Positions 19,848 to 28,388 of a DNA stretch of 64,000 nt are shown here, piece after piece; position 1 is the first letter of the stretch; each line of letters opens with the position of its first letter. Where the stretch lies: IMG/VR virus record IMGVR_UViG_3300014205_000002, positions 64,001 through 128,000 of that record. One strand, 5' to 3'. The DNA is from a virus (Duplodnaviria; Caudoviricetes). The position numbers were made by a program, and so were the translations under genes. The notes under the pieces were generated by a model that was not told the DNA's origin, did not search any database, and worked only from the letters and a program-made list of their open reading frames with translations.

Positions 19848-20354
19848 ATGCTCTTGAACTTCACCCCGCCCGATCGGGCGAGATTCGACTCCGACGAGAC
19901 CTGGGGCGACGCCTACTGGAAGGCGCGCAAGGCCTTCATTCATGCCGGCCACTCCGAGCGTCATGACGACTACTGTGCCGCGAGCGACGGCGAGAAGCGC
20001 TACGCCTTTCAGATTCAGCAGATGTACGAGGGCTCGGGCGACTATCTCAGCGGGAACAGCTCCCACGAGCTGCCCTGGTTCGACGACGTCGACAAGGCGA
20101 TCGCCTACCTAGAGCAGGCCCCGTTCCCCGGCTCGGTGCAGCGCACGGCCGCCGGCCTCAAGGGCGAGCCGACCTGGCTCACCGCTGGCGTGGCCTACAC
20201 GAAGTGGGCCGGCGAGCAGGATTACTGGAAGGCCCGCAACCTGACGCCGGGCTTGCATCACTGGCATCCGGAGCTTGGTCAGACCGGGCCGGGCACCGTG
20301 CCCTGTACGCTCTGTGACGTCGCCCGCGCGGACGCACCGCACACTGAAAGGTGA
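19848..20354 (+). CDS. Hypothetical protein (start MLLNFT)
   Basis: GAGGAG RBS. Confidence 0.6.
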   Translation: MLLNFTPPDRARFDSDETWGDAYWKARKAFIHAGHSERHDDYCAASDGEKRYAFQIQQMYEGSGDYLSGNSSHELPWFDDVDKAIAYLEQAPFPGSVQRTAAGLKGEPTWLTAGVAYTKWAGEQDYWKARNLTPGLHHWHPELGQTGPGTVPCTLCDVARADAPHTER

Positions 20355-21385
20355 CACATATGATTGATTATGAGCACATGGACTTCGACTGTGACGTCCC
20401 TGACGAACTCATGTGCGACCTAAAACAGATTCTCGACGCCCGGAACCGGATCAAGGTATGCGTCGCCGGCAAACTCTACGAGTACCGTCCGGTCGTTGTT
20501 TTTAGTGAAAACTCCGGCACGGTGATTGTCGTCATCAAGTATGCCGACAACGAGGCGCATCTTTCTGATGTGGCGGAGTTCGAGTACGGCGAGTACAAAG
20601 ACCTCTCCGAGGACAAGCGGATCGATCTGGTTCGTTTTAAGTTTCTGGAGATGAAGGATACCTTTGATTGCGTCTCATTCAATATCCCCCGAGAGTTGGG
20701 ACTATTGGAGACGTTTAAGGGGTTGGCCGAGCCTGCGGCCGTCAGCACGGCGACGTGCTCACCTTGGCGCGTCGAGGGCGTCGTTCCAGACGAAGGCATG
20801 GTCAACAAGTTGCTCGTCATCATCCAGAATGAGATTCTTGAGCATTACTCTGACATGCTCGCGTTCGATGTGGACGACGCTGACGACCTCGGTGGTAGCA
20901 TCGTTGATCGGGTGTTTGCGGAGATCGCGCCCGACAAGATCGCCAAGATGCCCAGCGACGATGATGACGCTTCCGAATCCGTCGTTATTACCGACGAAGT
21001 CAAGGAGGCGTTTCGAGACGCCCTCTGGGGCTATTTTAAGATCGCCTCGCCATTGGCGATACGAACCAAGGAAGGCCGCGAGGCCGCAATCGACATGATC
21101 GAGGCTGCTGTTGAGAGCCCCAATCTAGAGGGTAGCTACCTCAAGGATAGCCTTGTTTCTATGACGAATTGGCATAACTTCATGACCGTCACGGAGCTTG
21201 AGCGCAACATTGGTTATGCGATCCTCAATCAGGCTGGCCACGTCCCTATAACCAATGGTTACGGTTACTTGATCTGCACCAATGAGCATCGTCAACTCAC
21301 CGAGATGGAGATCGACTCCATGTCAGATAAGGCCCTGGAGATGATCGTCACCTTCCTTGAGTCCGGCGAGACGGACGACGACTAG
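20351..21385 (+). CDS. Acidic hypothetical protein, AT-richer than its flanks
   Basis: 344 aa; GTGA overlap with the upstream gene. Confidence 0.7.
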   Translation: MTHMIDYEHMDFDCDVPDELMCDLKQILDARNRIKVCVAGKLYEYRPVVVFSENSGTVIVVIKYADNEAHLSDVAEFEYGEYKDLSEDKRIDLVRFKFLEMKDTFDCVSFNIPRELGLLETFKGLAEPAAVSTATCSPWRVEGVVPDEGMVNKLLVIIQNEILEHYSDMLAFDVDDADDLGGSIVDRVFAEIAPDKIAKMPSDDDDASESVVITDEVKEAFRDALWGYFKIASPLAIRTKEGREAAIDMIEAAVESPNLEGSYLKDSLVSMTNWHNFMTVTELERNIGYAILNQAGHVPITNGYGYLICTNEHRQLTEMEIDSMSDKALEMIVTFLESGETDDD

Positions 21386-21387
21386 GC

Positions 21388-21413
21388 TTCCTGATAATCG
21401 CGGTTATCAGGAA
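21388..21413. repeat. Perfect 10-6-10 inverted repeat, dif-like core
   Basis: TTCCTGATAA TCGCGG TTATCAGGAA. Confidence 0.85.
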
Positions 21414-21489
21414 AAGCCACGGGAACGTGACGCGCGCGAATGCCCTGGGCGTTCGGACCTGGCGCGCGACGGGCCGCCGTAGGGGCGCA

Positions 21490-21515
21490 CGCGCGTTATC
21501 TGGCGCGCGTTATCT
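21490..21515 (+). repeat. 12-bp direct repeat, two copies (TTATC half-sites)
   Basis: CGCGCGTTATCT at 21490 and 21504. Confidence 0.8.
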
Positions 21516-21601
21516 AGGCTTGGCACAGGCACTCGTGGGCGCTGCTCCGTAAGCACGCGCCCAGAGCCAGTTTCCGGAAATAGCCCGCATCCGGAATAGG
21601 T

Positions 21602-21621
21602 CAGATAAGACTCATTATCTG
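21602..21621. repeat. 7-6-7 inverted repeat, dif-like core
   Basis: CAGATAA GACTCA TTATCTG. Confidence 0.8.
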
Positions 21622-21689
21622 TACTGGCGCGGGTTTCGGTGCTTTTGTCACGCGTCGCGGCCGAGTTGGTCGCGGCAGAGAGGAACCCT

Positions 21690-22376
21690 GTGGAAAAACA
21701 GCTTGCGACCACGGATCCCCACAAGGGGCCGATCATCGACATGCATGCCTCAGACAAGGAAGTCACTCGCGTCTTGAAGGAGGCCGGACACCTGGGCTAC
21801 GCCCGCGGCTATCCGACCAATAGCGACTATGAGCGGTACGTCCTGGTCAACATCCAAACAATCCAGGATGCCTACGCGTTCATGGAACAGTTGATCCGGC
21901 ACAGCTATCACCACCGACCTCGGTGGGCCGTTCACGCAAAGTGGGTGGATACCTGCACTAAAGTGAGCGTGGCACGGCGCACCTACGAGGGTGACAGCAG
22001 TACTTTCTGGTGCGAGCGGCCACGTATGCCGCTTAGCAGTGCCCGTCTGACCCATTGCGGCTGCCACGGCGTCGGTGCCTTCGATGTCCGCAAGGACACC
22101 GGCCGTCCACCATGGGCATTCAACACCCCTAAAGAGCGGGTGAGGGACGCCTATCGCGACTCCCGCTTCAACGCAAACGGTTGCCAGTGTGTCATCATAG
22201 TAGGCGATCGTGTTCTCGGCACAGGCGAGACCGCGGCCAAGGCCTGGGCTGCCGCCGACTTTGCTCTTGAGGAGCAAGTCGTCGCGCGGTGGTACCAGGG
22301 AAACGGCCGACAATTGGCTCCGGCCATGTTCAAGCTGGAGGCGAATCTCGCGCCGTGCCTGTCCAAGATGGCCTGA
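21690..22376 (+). CDS. Hypothetical protein (GTG start)
   Basis: GAGAGGA RBS. Confidence 0.6.
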   Translation: MEKQLATTDPHKGPIIDMHASDKEVTRVLKEAGHLGYARGYPTNSDYERYVLVNIQTIQDAYAFMEQLIRHSYHHRPRWAVHAKWVDTCTKVSVARRTYEGDSSTFWCERPRMPLSSARLTHCGCHGVGAFDVRKDTGRPPWAFNTPKERVRDAYRDSRFNANGCQCVIIVGDRVLGTGETAAKAWAAADFALEEQVVARWYQGNGRQLAPAMFKLEANLAPCLSKMA

Positions 22377-22491
22377 CCAACGACCCGCAAGACGACCGAC
22401 CGTCGGGTCACCATTCGCATCTCTTCTGGGGACGGACCAGCAGAGACATCACCAAACTCTATCCACCCCACTCCATTAAAAGGACCCCTTC

Positions 22492-22830
22492 ATGATCATC
22501 ACCAACCGGAAGAACGCCCCGCTCGCCGCCCAGTGGATCAAAGATAAGCGCACCGAGGCAGGTCTCACGCTGCGGGACATTGAGAAGAAGGTCGATGGCA
22601 TCACCTACTCGCACATGTCGCGCATCGAGAATGGTACCCGGCGCATTCCGCTCGATCGCGTCGACGATCTCTGTGACGTCATGGGCGCGCCCCGTCATGA
22701 GCTGCGCGCGCTCGTGCTTACAGAAGACATGAGCGCAGACGATCAGCTCAAGGTGGCCGAAGCTATCCTCAGGCGGCTCGGGCTCACCCTCGCGATCTCG
22801 GCGACGGCGACGCCGGAGCTGGCGGCGTGA
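22492..22830 (+). CDS. XRE/Cro-family helix-turn-helix regulator
   Basis: IKDKRTEAGLTLRDIEKKVDGITYSHMSRIENGTRRIP. Confidence 0.9.
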   Translation: MIITNRKNAPLAAQWIKDKRTEAGLTLRDIEKKVDGITYSHMSRIENGTRRIPLDRVDDLCDVMGAPRHELRALVLTEDMSADDQLKVAEAILRRLGLTLAISATATPELAA

Positions 22831-23075
22831 AGCGCCAACCCAAGCCGTCCTTCATGGACCACTGGCAATTGCTACATGACCATCCGCCCGCGCCATTCAA
22901 CCCGCTGGCCGTCCAGGAGACGGCTGCGGAGAAGCAGACGCGCGAAGAGGCCGATCGGGCATTCTGCACGACCCTGCCGGATGTCCCCGAGGAGGAGAAG
23001 CGCCCGCTGCGCGCAGCGTTTCGCCGGACGTACTGGGACGACTTTGTGGCGAAGAAGCGGCCGACTGCGCGATAA
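22827..23075 (+). CDS. Hypothetical protein
   Basis: GTGA overlap with the HTH gene. Confidence 0.5.
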   Translation: MKRQPKPSFMDHWQLLHDHPPAPFNPLAVQETAAEKQTREEADRAFCTTLPDVPEEEKRPLRAAFRRTYWDDFVAKKRPTAR

Positions 23076-23092
23076 TCTCTGGTCCTCGGTCC

Positions 23093-23181
23093 GTCGTCAC
23101 GTGACGGCGATCTGGGGGCCCAGTACCGAGAGTGCCGTCTCGTGACGGCATCTGATCGATCGACTGCCGTCCCGTGACGGC
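23093..23181. repeat. Three copies of the 16-bp palindrome GCCGTCACGTGACGGC, one mismatch each
   Basis: 23093-23108, 23134-23149, 23166-23181; intergenic. Confidence 0.85.
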
Positions 23182-23200
23182 GGCGCACGGAAAGGACCCC

Positions 23201-23692
23201 ATGGACATCAAGGAGAAGGTCTTGGCCCAGGTCGCGGAGCTGGCGAAGAAAGGTTATGTCGTCACGCTCTCTGAGACATATCTTTCGCGCATCGAGAGCG
23301 CGAAGGACGACTGGGACTTCGCCGACTGCCCCGACACGACGCTGATCACCGTCGCGAAGGACGGCCAGGTCGCCGAGGCATCGAGTATTGGCGAGCGGCG
23401 CGTCACACTCAAGGAGTGGACGGGCATCGAGAGTTCGGTCGTGATCGAAGACTGGCACAACAAGCTCTTGCCCGATGCAGAGCGGGTGCTGTTCGACAAG
23501 TTCGGCGACGGCGAGGAGTTCCTCTTCGGCGGCCGCACCTACGAGTTCAACCAGGAGAACAACGGCTGGTTTGAAGACAGCTACTTCGTCGACGGCATCC
23601 AGGATGGCGACGGCTGCGACCCTTACCACGACGTGCCGATGCCGCAGGATGTGGCGGACGGCTTTGAGCGGCGCGACTGGTTCGACGCCTAA
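23201..23692 (+). CDS. Acidic hypothetical protein
   Basis: GAAAGGA RBS, start MDIKEK. Confidence 0.7.
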   Translation: MDIKEKVLAQVAELAKKGYVVTLSETYLSRIESAKDDWDFADCPDTTLITVAKDGQVAEASSIGERRVTLKEWTGIESSVVIEDWHNKLLPDAERVLFDKFGDGEEFLFGGRTYEFNQENNGWFEDSYFVDGIQDGDGCDPYHDVPMPQDVADGFERRDWFDA

Positions 23693-23726
23693 CTCCGGAG
23701 TGATACCCCTGACAGAGGATGAACAC

Positions 23727-24107
23727 ATGGTCAATTGCCCCGTCTGCGGCACCGCTGTTGCGCTCGATCGCATCGGCGGCAAGCCTTGCTATGAGCATCA
23801 TTACAATGGTGACAACGCACACTGCCCTGGCTCGATCCAACTCCATGCGGACGCCGTTGCGACGGTATCCGCCGATGCCGATGGCCCGACCGGCACGAAA
23901 CTAAGCGCGGGCGACACCTTCACCGCCGACAACATCACGCTCCGTATCGTTGAGGGGCCTGACGGCGGCCCGAGCCTGGTGATCGACGACACGTCCGAGG
24001 CTGAGTTCTACATCCTCGACGAAGACGTCAGTCCGGATCGGCGCGCCGTAAACTATTGCAGCGACATCAATGCCTACGTGGCTGACGACCTCGAAGGCGA
24101 CGCGTGA
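23727..24107 (+). CDS. Hypothetical protein with N-terminal zinc ribbon
   Basis: CPVC..H..C; GAGGA RBS. Confidence 0.55.
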   Translation: MVNCPVCGTAVALDRIGGKPCYEHHYNGDNAHCPGSIQLHADAVATVSADADGPTGTKLSAGDTFTADNITLRIVEGPDGGPSLVIDDTSEAEFYILDEDVSPDRRAVNYCSDINAYVADDLEGDA

Positions 24108-24298
24108 TTCGCCGCGTACCCGACATCGCCTGCGACGACTGCGGGGACTGGGTCGGCGACTTTGAGCCAGAGAACGATGCCAGCATTCGGCGGCAGGCAT
24201 ACAAGCGCGGCTGGCGGCGCGCACGTGGTCCGGATGGTAGGCTCTGGGACTACTGCCCCCGCTGCGCCGCCAAACATCCCAGGCTTTCACGGCCATAG
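24104..24298 (+). CDS. Small zinc-finger protein
   Basis: CDDC..GW..DYCPRC. Confidence 0.6.
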   Translation: MIRRVPDIACDDCGDWVGDFEPENDASIRRQAYKRGWRRARGPDGRLWDYCPRCAAKHPRLSRP

Positions 24299-24312
24299 CG
24301 GCCAGGAGGAAT

Positions 24313-24621
24313 ATGGCGACCCCGATTCACTTTCAGGCTTGCAACGGCCTGCATACCATCAAGCGCGAGCATCTGGACGAAGAGGGTGGGCGCACTACCT
24401 TCGATGCGGACGAGCATGACCTTTGGCAGGCTGGCTACGTCAAGGTCGCCACCGTCCGCGAGCACATCGAGGCGAACGATCTGGAAGCGCTGGAGGACTT
24501 CTTTTGCGAGGGGCCGGACGACGGCGAGTTGTCCGACGCCGCGATCGAGCACGCCGCCAAGCTTGAGCAGGCCCGCACCCTAGGCTACCAGAGCAAATCC
24601 GACGGAGGTTCCGATGTCTGA
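24313..24621 (+). CDS. Hypothetical protein
   Basis: AGGAGG RBS. Confidence 0.6.
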   Translation: MATPIHFQACNGLHTIKREHLDEEGGRTTFDADEHDLWQAGYVKVATVREHIEANDLEALEDFFCEGPDDGELSDAAIEHAAKLEQARTLGYQSKSDGGSDV

Positions 24622-25066
24622 ACCGATCCTGCAATACCACTTCAACGTGATTCGCCAGTACAACAGCACGACGCGGGGCGAGCGCGTCAATATGGGCATC
24701 CAGGTGAAGGACATCAAGAGCGGGCGCTGCCTTCAAATGGTCCGCACCGACGCGGAGTGCATGATCGGCATCGCGCCAGACATGACGGTTGAGCAGGCTC
24801 AGGCCATCATGCCATTCTTTGGCGGTGACCACGAATGGCAGGAGGATCCAGGCCCGTTCAAGTGCTGGACGCGCAAGGACAACAGCTTCGCCACCGCCAT
24901 GTCGTGCAACCAGATAGAGAAGGGCGGAGGTGGTATCGGCGGCAAGAGGTGCGGAGTCATGGAGAACACGCTGGAGCCAAAACTGGAGCGCCTGTTTCAT
25001 GACTACTGCACGCCCTACCGCTACAACAAGGACACCGCCGAATACCCGGGCGAAGACGGGGCTTGA
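24614..25066 (+). CDS. Hypothetical protein
   Basis: GGAGG RBS; overlaps the upstream stop. Confidence 0.6.
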   Translation: MSEPILQYHFNVIRQYNSTTRGERVNMGIQVKDIKSGRCLQMVRTDAECMIGIAPDMTVEQAQAIMPFFGGDHEWQEDPGPFKCWTRKDNSFATAMSCNQIEKGGGGIGGKRCGVMENTLEPKLERLFHDYCTPYRYNKDTAEYPGEDGA

Positions 25067-25067
25067 A

Positions 25068-25286
25068 GTGAAGTTGAATGACGACGGCAAGGAGAAGCAG
25101 GTTCCTGTACCGCACCACTGCTCCCAACACGGCGCGGCCCACATGAATGACTGGTGTAGCGTTAGCGACCGGCACAAGACGGCGCTCAGCGCCGTGACCG
25201 AGAAGGAAGCCGTGGCCGAGTGCAGGGCACGGGGCCTTTGGCTCTACGCCGACTCTTCGCGCACAAGCGGAGGCACCGATGCGTAG
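25068..25286 (+). CDS. Hypothetical protein
   Basis: Fills the gap in the coupled gene chain; start uncertain. Confidence 0.45.
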   Translation: MKLNDDGKEKQVPVPHHCSQHGAAHMNDWCSVSDRHKTALSAVTEKEAVAECRARGLWLYADSSRTSGGTDA

Positions 25287-25560
25287 CGCCGCCTACTGTC
25301 GCGCGCAGCTCAAGGCCGCACAGGCCGATCGCAAGGCTGCCAACACGGCAGTCAGGTATTGGCTGAACGAGCTTCGGGCGGCGCATCTCCTGGAGGGCGA
25401 CCGGGAGGCCGCGCGCGAAGCCGGGGTGGATCCGCCGCCCCCGCTGCCGCCCGCACGCTGCGAGTGCCCCAAGGTATTCTCTACGACGGACGGAACCTGC
25501 GATTCATGCGGGTGCGAGGTATGCGAGCTCGTGTTGTCGCGCGACGGCGGTGAAGAATGA
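25279..25560 (+). CDS. Hypothetical protein with Cys-rich C-terminus
   Basis: GGAGG RBS. Confidence 0.55.
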   Translation: MRSAAYCRAQLKAAQADRKAANTAVRYWLNELRAAHLLEGDREAAREAGVDPPPPLPPARCECPKVFSTTDGTCDSCGCEVCELVLSRDGGEE

Positions 25561-25763
25561 CCGTGAAGTGGATCGCCAAAAACGCGGGGCCTGTCGTCCG
25601 ATGCGGCGACACTCATGATGTGACGCTGATTCAGGCTAAATGCTTCTGCCACAACATGGCCGGCTGTGTCGAGCACGGCATGCTGTTTATACAGGAGAGT
25701 GGCGAGAAGTCCTGGTACGAGGGTGGTGTCGGTCCCTCGCTCAAGCCCGATGATTCTCAATAA
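25557..25763 (+). CDS. Hypothetical protein; stop lies in site 1
   Basis: ATGA overlap; TAA inside TCAATAAGG. Confidence 0.55.
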   Translation: MTVKWIAKNAGPVVRCGDTHDVTLIQAKCFCHNMAGCVEHGMLFIQESGEKSWYEGGVGPSLKPDDSQ

Positions 25764-25790
25764 GGTTTTGCTTACATTGAAAGGAGCACC

Positions 25791-25937
25791 ATGACGGTCG
25801 AGCAGCTTATCAAGCTCCTGCAAGAGGCCAAACAGACGGCCGAGGTCCGCATCGGTGGTAAGAGCCGCAAGGCGATCGGAAAGAGGATTGGAGGCGTCTG
25901 GCATGGGTCCTGCTACATCGAGATCCTGCCCGAGTAG
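25791..25937 (+). CDS. Cassette ORF, 48 aa (MTVEQLIKLLQE; not in the ORF track)
   Basis: GAAAGGAG RBS from site 1; TAG abuts site 2. Confidence 0.65.
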   Translation: MTVEQLIKLLQEAKQTAEVRIGGKSRKAIGKRIGGVWHGSCYIEILPE

Positions 25938-25973
25938 CGATAGGCGTTTACTTCCATTGAAAGGAGGTCCACG

Positions 25974-26339
25974 GTGACCAATTACCTAGTCCGCAATACC
26001 GAGACCGGCGCGTTCTATCCTGTGGTTAACGTCCAACTCGAAATGGACGCCTACACCGCGGTCGTCGAAGCGTTCGACATCCCGCAGTCGGTCGCAGACG
26101 CCCCTCTCGAAATTATGAACCAGGCGTGGGTTTGCCCCGGCGAGTACGCCACCAAGAGCATCCGTAGCGCCAAAGAGGAACTCTGGCAGGCGATGGGGCC
26201 TGACGCCACCGAGGCCGAGCGTGACGCCGTATGGGAGGCTGATGTCGTCCACGATCCGGACGCGGACGCCTACTACGTGGTCGACCTCGTCAAGGCGATC
26301 GAGCGAGTGACGGACAACAAATCGGAGAATCGGAAGTAG
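25974..26339 (+). CDS. Cassette ORF, acidic hypothetical
   Basis: GAAAGGAGG RBS; TAG directly before site 3. Confidence 0.7.
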   Translation: MTNYLVRNTETGAFYPVVNVQLEMDAYTAVVEAFDIPQSVADAPLEIMNQAWVCPGEYATKSIRSAKEELWQAMGPDATEAERDAVWEADVVHDPDADAYYVVDLVKAIERVTDNKSENRK

Positions 26340-26374
26340 TCAATACTCGTTTACTTACATTGAAAGGAGCCACG

Positions 26375-26581
26375 ATGGCACGCCCACCAGGACCTCGCAA
26401 GCCCCGCCGTGACTTCGACGCCGAGCCGCAATACTGCGGCAGCGGCATCACGCCTGAACAGGCGAAGGCGATTCTGTCGCTCTGCAAGGCGCTGGAATAC
26501 TGCGCGGCCCTGGGTCACGACGACGTGGCGCTCAACGCCCTGGAAGCCGACGCCGCCAAGCACGGGCCACCTACAAAGTAG
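26375..26581 (+). CDS. Cassette ORF, 68 aa
   Basis: GAAAGGAG RBS; TAG ends the left arm of site 4. Confidence 0.65.
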   Translation: MARPPGPRKPRRDFDAEPQYCGSGITPEQAKAILSLCKALEYCAALGHDDVALNALEADAAKHGPPTK

Positions 26582-26612
26582 TCCTTCTTATCGAGAGCAT
26601 ATGAGGCCACGA

Positions 26613-26810
26613 ATGGAACAACTACACCAGGCTAAATTCCGCGTTGTCTGCACATTGCCGTATGACAACGAAAGGCATGTAGCGTGCCTGACTCCTATTA
26701 ATGGACCCGGCGTAGATCTTCAACTCTACGTTGACACGCCAACATGCGTGCGGTTAAAGCAGGCGTACGACAGCGGTGAGATTGTAACGTTAACGCTAAG
26801 TTCCGGATAA
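26613..26810 (+). CDS. Cassette ORF, 65 aa, AT-rich
   Basis: GAGG RBS; flanked by two sites with spacer TCCTTC. Confidence 0.6.
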   Translation: MEQLHQAKFRVVCTLPYDNERHVACLTPINGPGVDLQLYVDTPTCVRLKQAYDSGEIVTLTLSSG

Positions 26811-26838
26811 TCCTTCGAATATTGAAAATGAGGTCCTT

Positions 26839-27012
26839 ATGGACGCCTACCACATAGACGGAGAACCATTGCTGCTTGCCACGGTGCAACACGGTGATGG
26901 GCGCACAGAGGAAGTGTGTCTAATGTCCGATGGCACACAGGCCACTAACCCCGTTCGCAGGCTCGGAGGCGGCAACCGGGCACAGCGCAGGGCCGCCAAG
27001 AAGTCAAAGTAA
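26839..27012 (+). CDS. Cassette ORF, 57 aa (MDAYHIDG; not in the ORF track)
   Basis: GAGG RBS; ends TCA AAG TAA, the left arm of site 6. Confidence 0.6.
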   Translation: MDAYHIDGEPLLLATVQHGDGRTEEVCLMSDGTQATNPVRRLGGGNRAQRRAAKKSK

Positions 27013-27037
27013 TCACTATTTCATTGAAAGGAGCGTC

Positions 27038-27244
27038 ATGTACGACGTACAAGTTTGCATCAACGGCTGGGTCACGAACCTGCCGACCAACGTCCCCTGG
27101 ACCGTAGGACAGGAGATCAGCATCCGCGTCGGCGCAGACGAATGGGTCGGCGAAGTCATGGCCTGCAAGTCCACCCTGGACGACCCGAACGAAGGGCCTG
27201 TGACCTCGCCTGGCTACGACCACGCGGCGGGTTACCATGACTGA
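27038..27244 (+). CDS. Cassette ORF, 68 aa
   Basis: GAAAGGAG RBS, start MYDVQV. Confidence 0.6.
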   Translation: MYDVQVCINGWVTNLPTNVPWTVGQEISIRVGADEWVGEVMACKSTLDDPNEGPVTSPGYDHAAGYHD

Positions 27245-27605
27245 GCAGATGGCTGACAGCCCAAGAGGGGCAGCTCACGTCGCAGCTCTCAAAGCAATCA
27301 GCCGGTTCGCCGCTGCTGGCCTGGCAGCCGTCCACGGCGAGCATGTGCCGATCGCCATCACCCAAGGCGCGCTCGACTCCATCTTGCAAGCCGCGATCGA
27401 CGTTGCCGGCGACAGCGCCGTAGACGACGCGCGGGCATCCCTGCGCGACCACTACAACGGCGAGCCAGGTCGATGGCCGGTTGGGGCACCCTTGGAGTGG
27501 CGACGGCCTGAGCCAGAGCCGAAAGAGGAGTGCCAGCACCGGGACACCTACTCGTCCTCGCCGAGCGGCTTCACTGTCTGTCGAGACTGCAATCAGGAGC
27601 TTTAG
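27237..27605 (+). CDS. Cassette ORF with C-terminal zinc ribbon
   Basis: CQH..CRDC; stop 2 bp before site 7. Confidence 0.6.
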   Translation: MTEQMADSPRGAAHVAALKAISRFAAAGLAAVHGEHVPIAITQGALDSILQAAIDVAGDSAVDDARASLRDHYNGEPGRWPVGAPLEWRRPEPEPKEECQHRDTYSSSPSGFTVCRDCNQEL

Positions 27606-27645
27606 GCTCAATGTAACCAATATTACATAACGAAAGGAGGGCCCT

Positions 27646-28143
27646 GTGACCTGGTTGAAGTTCGGTACCGTGAAGGGCGGCAAGACACACCGCCACATTG
27701 GTGGCGGCAATGCGCTCTGTGACCCCACTATTCAGTTTGAGGTGACGGGCAACCTCGGCGAGGTCTCGTGCAAGCATTGCCTGCGCAAGATGGCTGACGA
27801 GTCCTTGGCGGTGCCGGCCGTCCGCACGTTCTTCACTTATCAACAGGGCCTCGACTACGCAGTCCATACGGTGACGTTCCCGGCGGAATGGGTGCGGCCT
27901 GCCCGCGGCACCTGGTTCAAGAGCCTTGAAGGGCGTATGGTCGCCTGGCACAACTTCTACGACACGCCGGAGGAGGCGCACGCGGCAGCGGACCTGGCGA
28001 AGTTGCGCAGCCACCTGGCAGCCTTTCACAGCCGTACGAGGGACGACGCCTACGGCAGGGAGATGGTCCAGGAGATGACGGAGCTGGTCGAGAAGATCAT
28101 CGCCATCGCCTACCCGAAGCCAGCCGCCGCACCCGCAATATAA
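27646..28143 (+). CDS. Cassette ORF with N-terminal zinc finger
   Basis: H..ALC..VSCKHC; ends GCA ATA TAA, the left arm of site 8. Confidence 0.7.
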   Translation: MTWLKFGTVKGGKTHRHIGGGNALCDPTIQFEVTGNLGEVSCKHCLRKMADESLAVPAVRTFFTYQQGLDYAVHTVTFPAEWVRPARGTWFKSLEGRMVAWHNFYDTPEEAHAAADLAKLRSHLAAFHSRTRDDAYGREMVQEMTELVEKIIAIAYPKPAAAPAI

Positions 28144-28173
28144 CAACCATTTCATTGAAGAAAGGAGGGCTAC

Positions 28174-28353
28174 GTGCCCAAGTTCATCGTGGTGACCACG
28201 GTCATCGAGCGGCGAGAGATTGAGGCGGCAACGCCCGACGAGGCTTTTGAGTTAAACAACAACGCAGAAGGCAACGACTACAGTCTTTCCGTTGAGGTCC
28301 CTGACCGCTATGCCACGGACGGGAGTGGTCGGCAGTTCCGCGAAGCACTGTAA
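28174..28353 (+). CDS. Cassette ORF, 59 aa (VPKFIVVT; not in the ORF track)
   Basis: GAAAGGAGG RBS; TAA directly before site 9. Confidence 0.65.
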   Translation: MPKFIVVTTVIERREIEAATPDEAFELNNNAEGNDYSLSVEVPDRYATDGSGRQFREAL

Positions 28354-28388
28354 TCAAAGTAACACCAACATCATTGAGAGGCCCCAAC

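Noticed and set aside
21388-21621. GATAA..TTATC as Fur boxes
   Set aside because: The Fur box has 9 bp between GATAA and TTATC; these have 6 bp.
22377-22491. Two weak hairpins upstream of the XRE gene
   Set aside because: Short and interrupted; not distinguishable from chance in GC-rich DNA.
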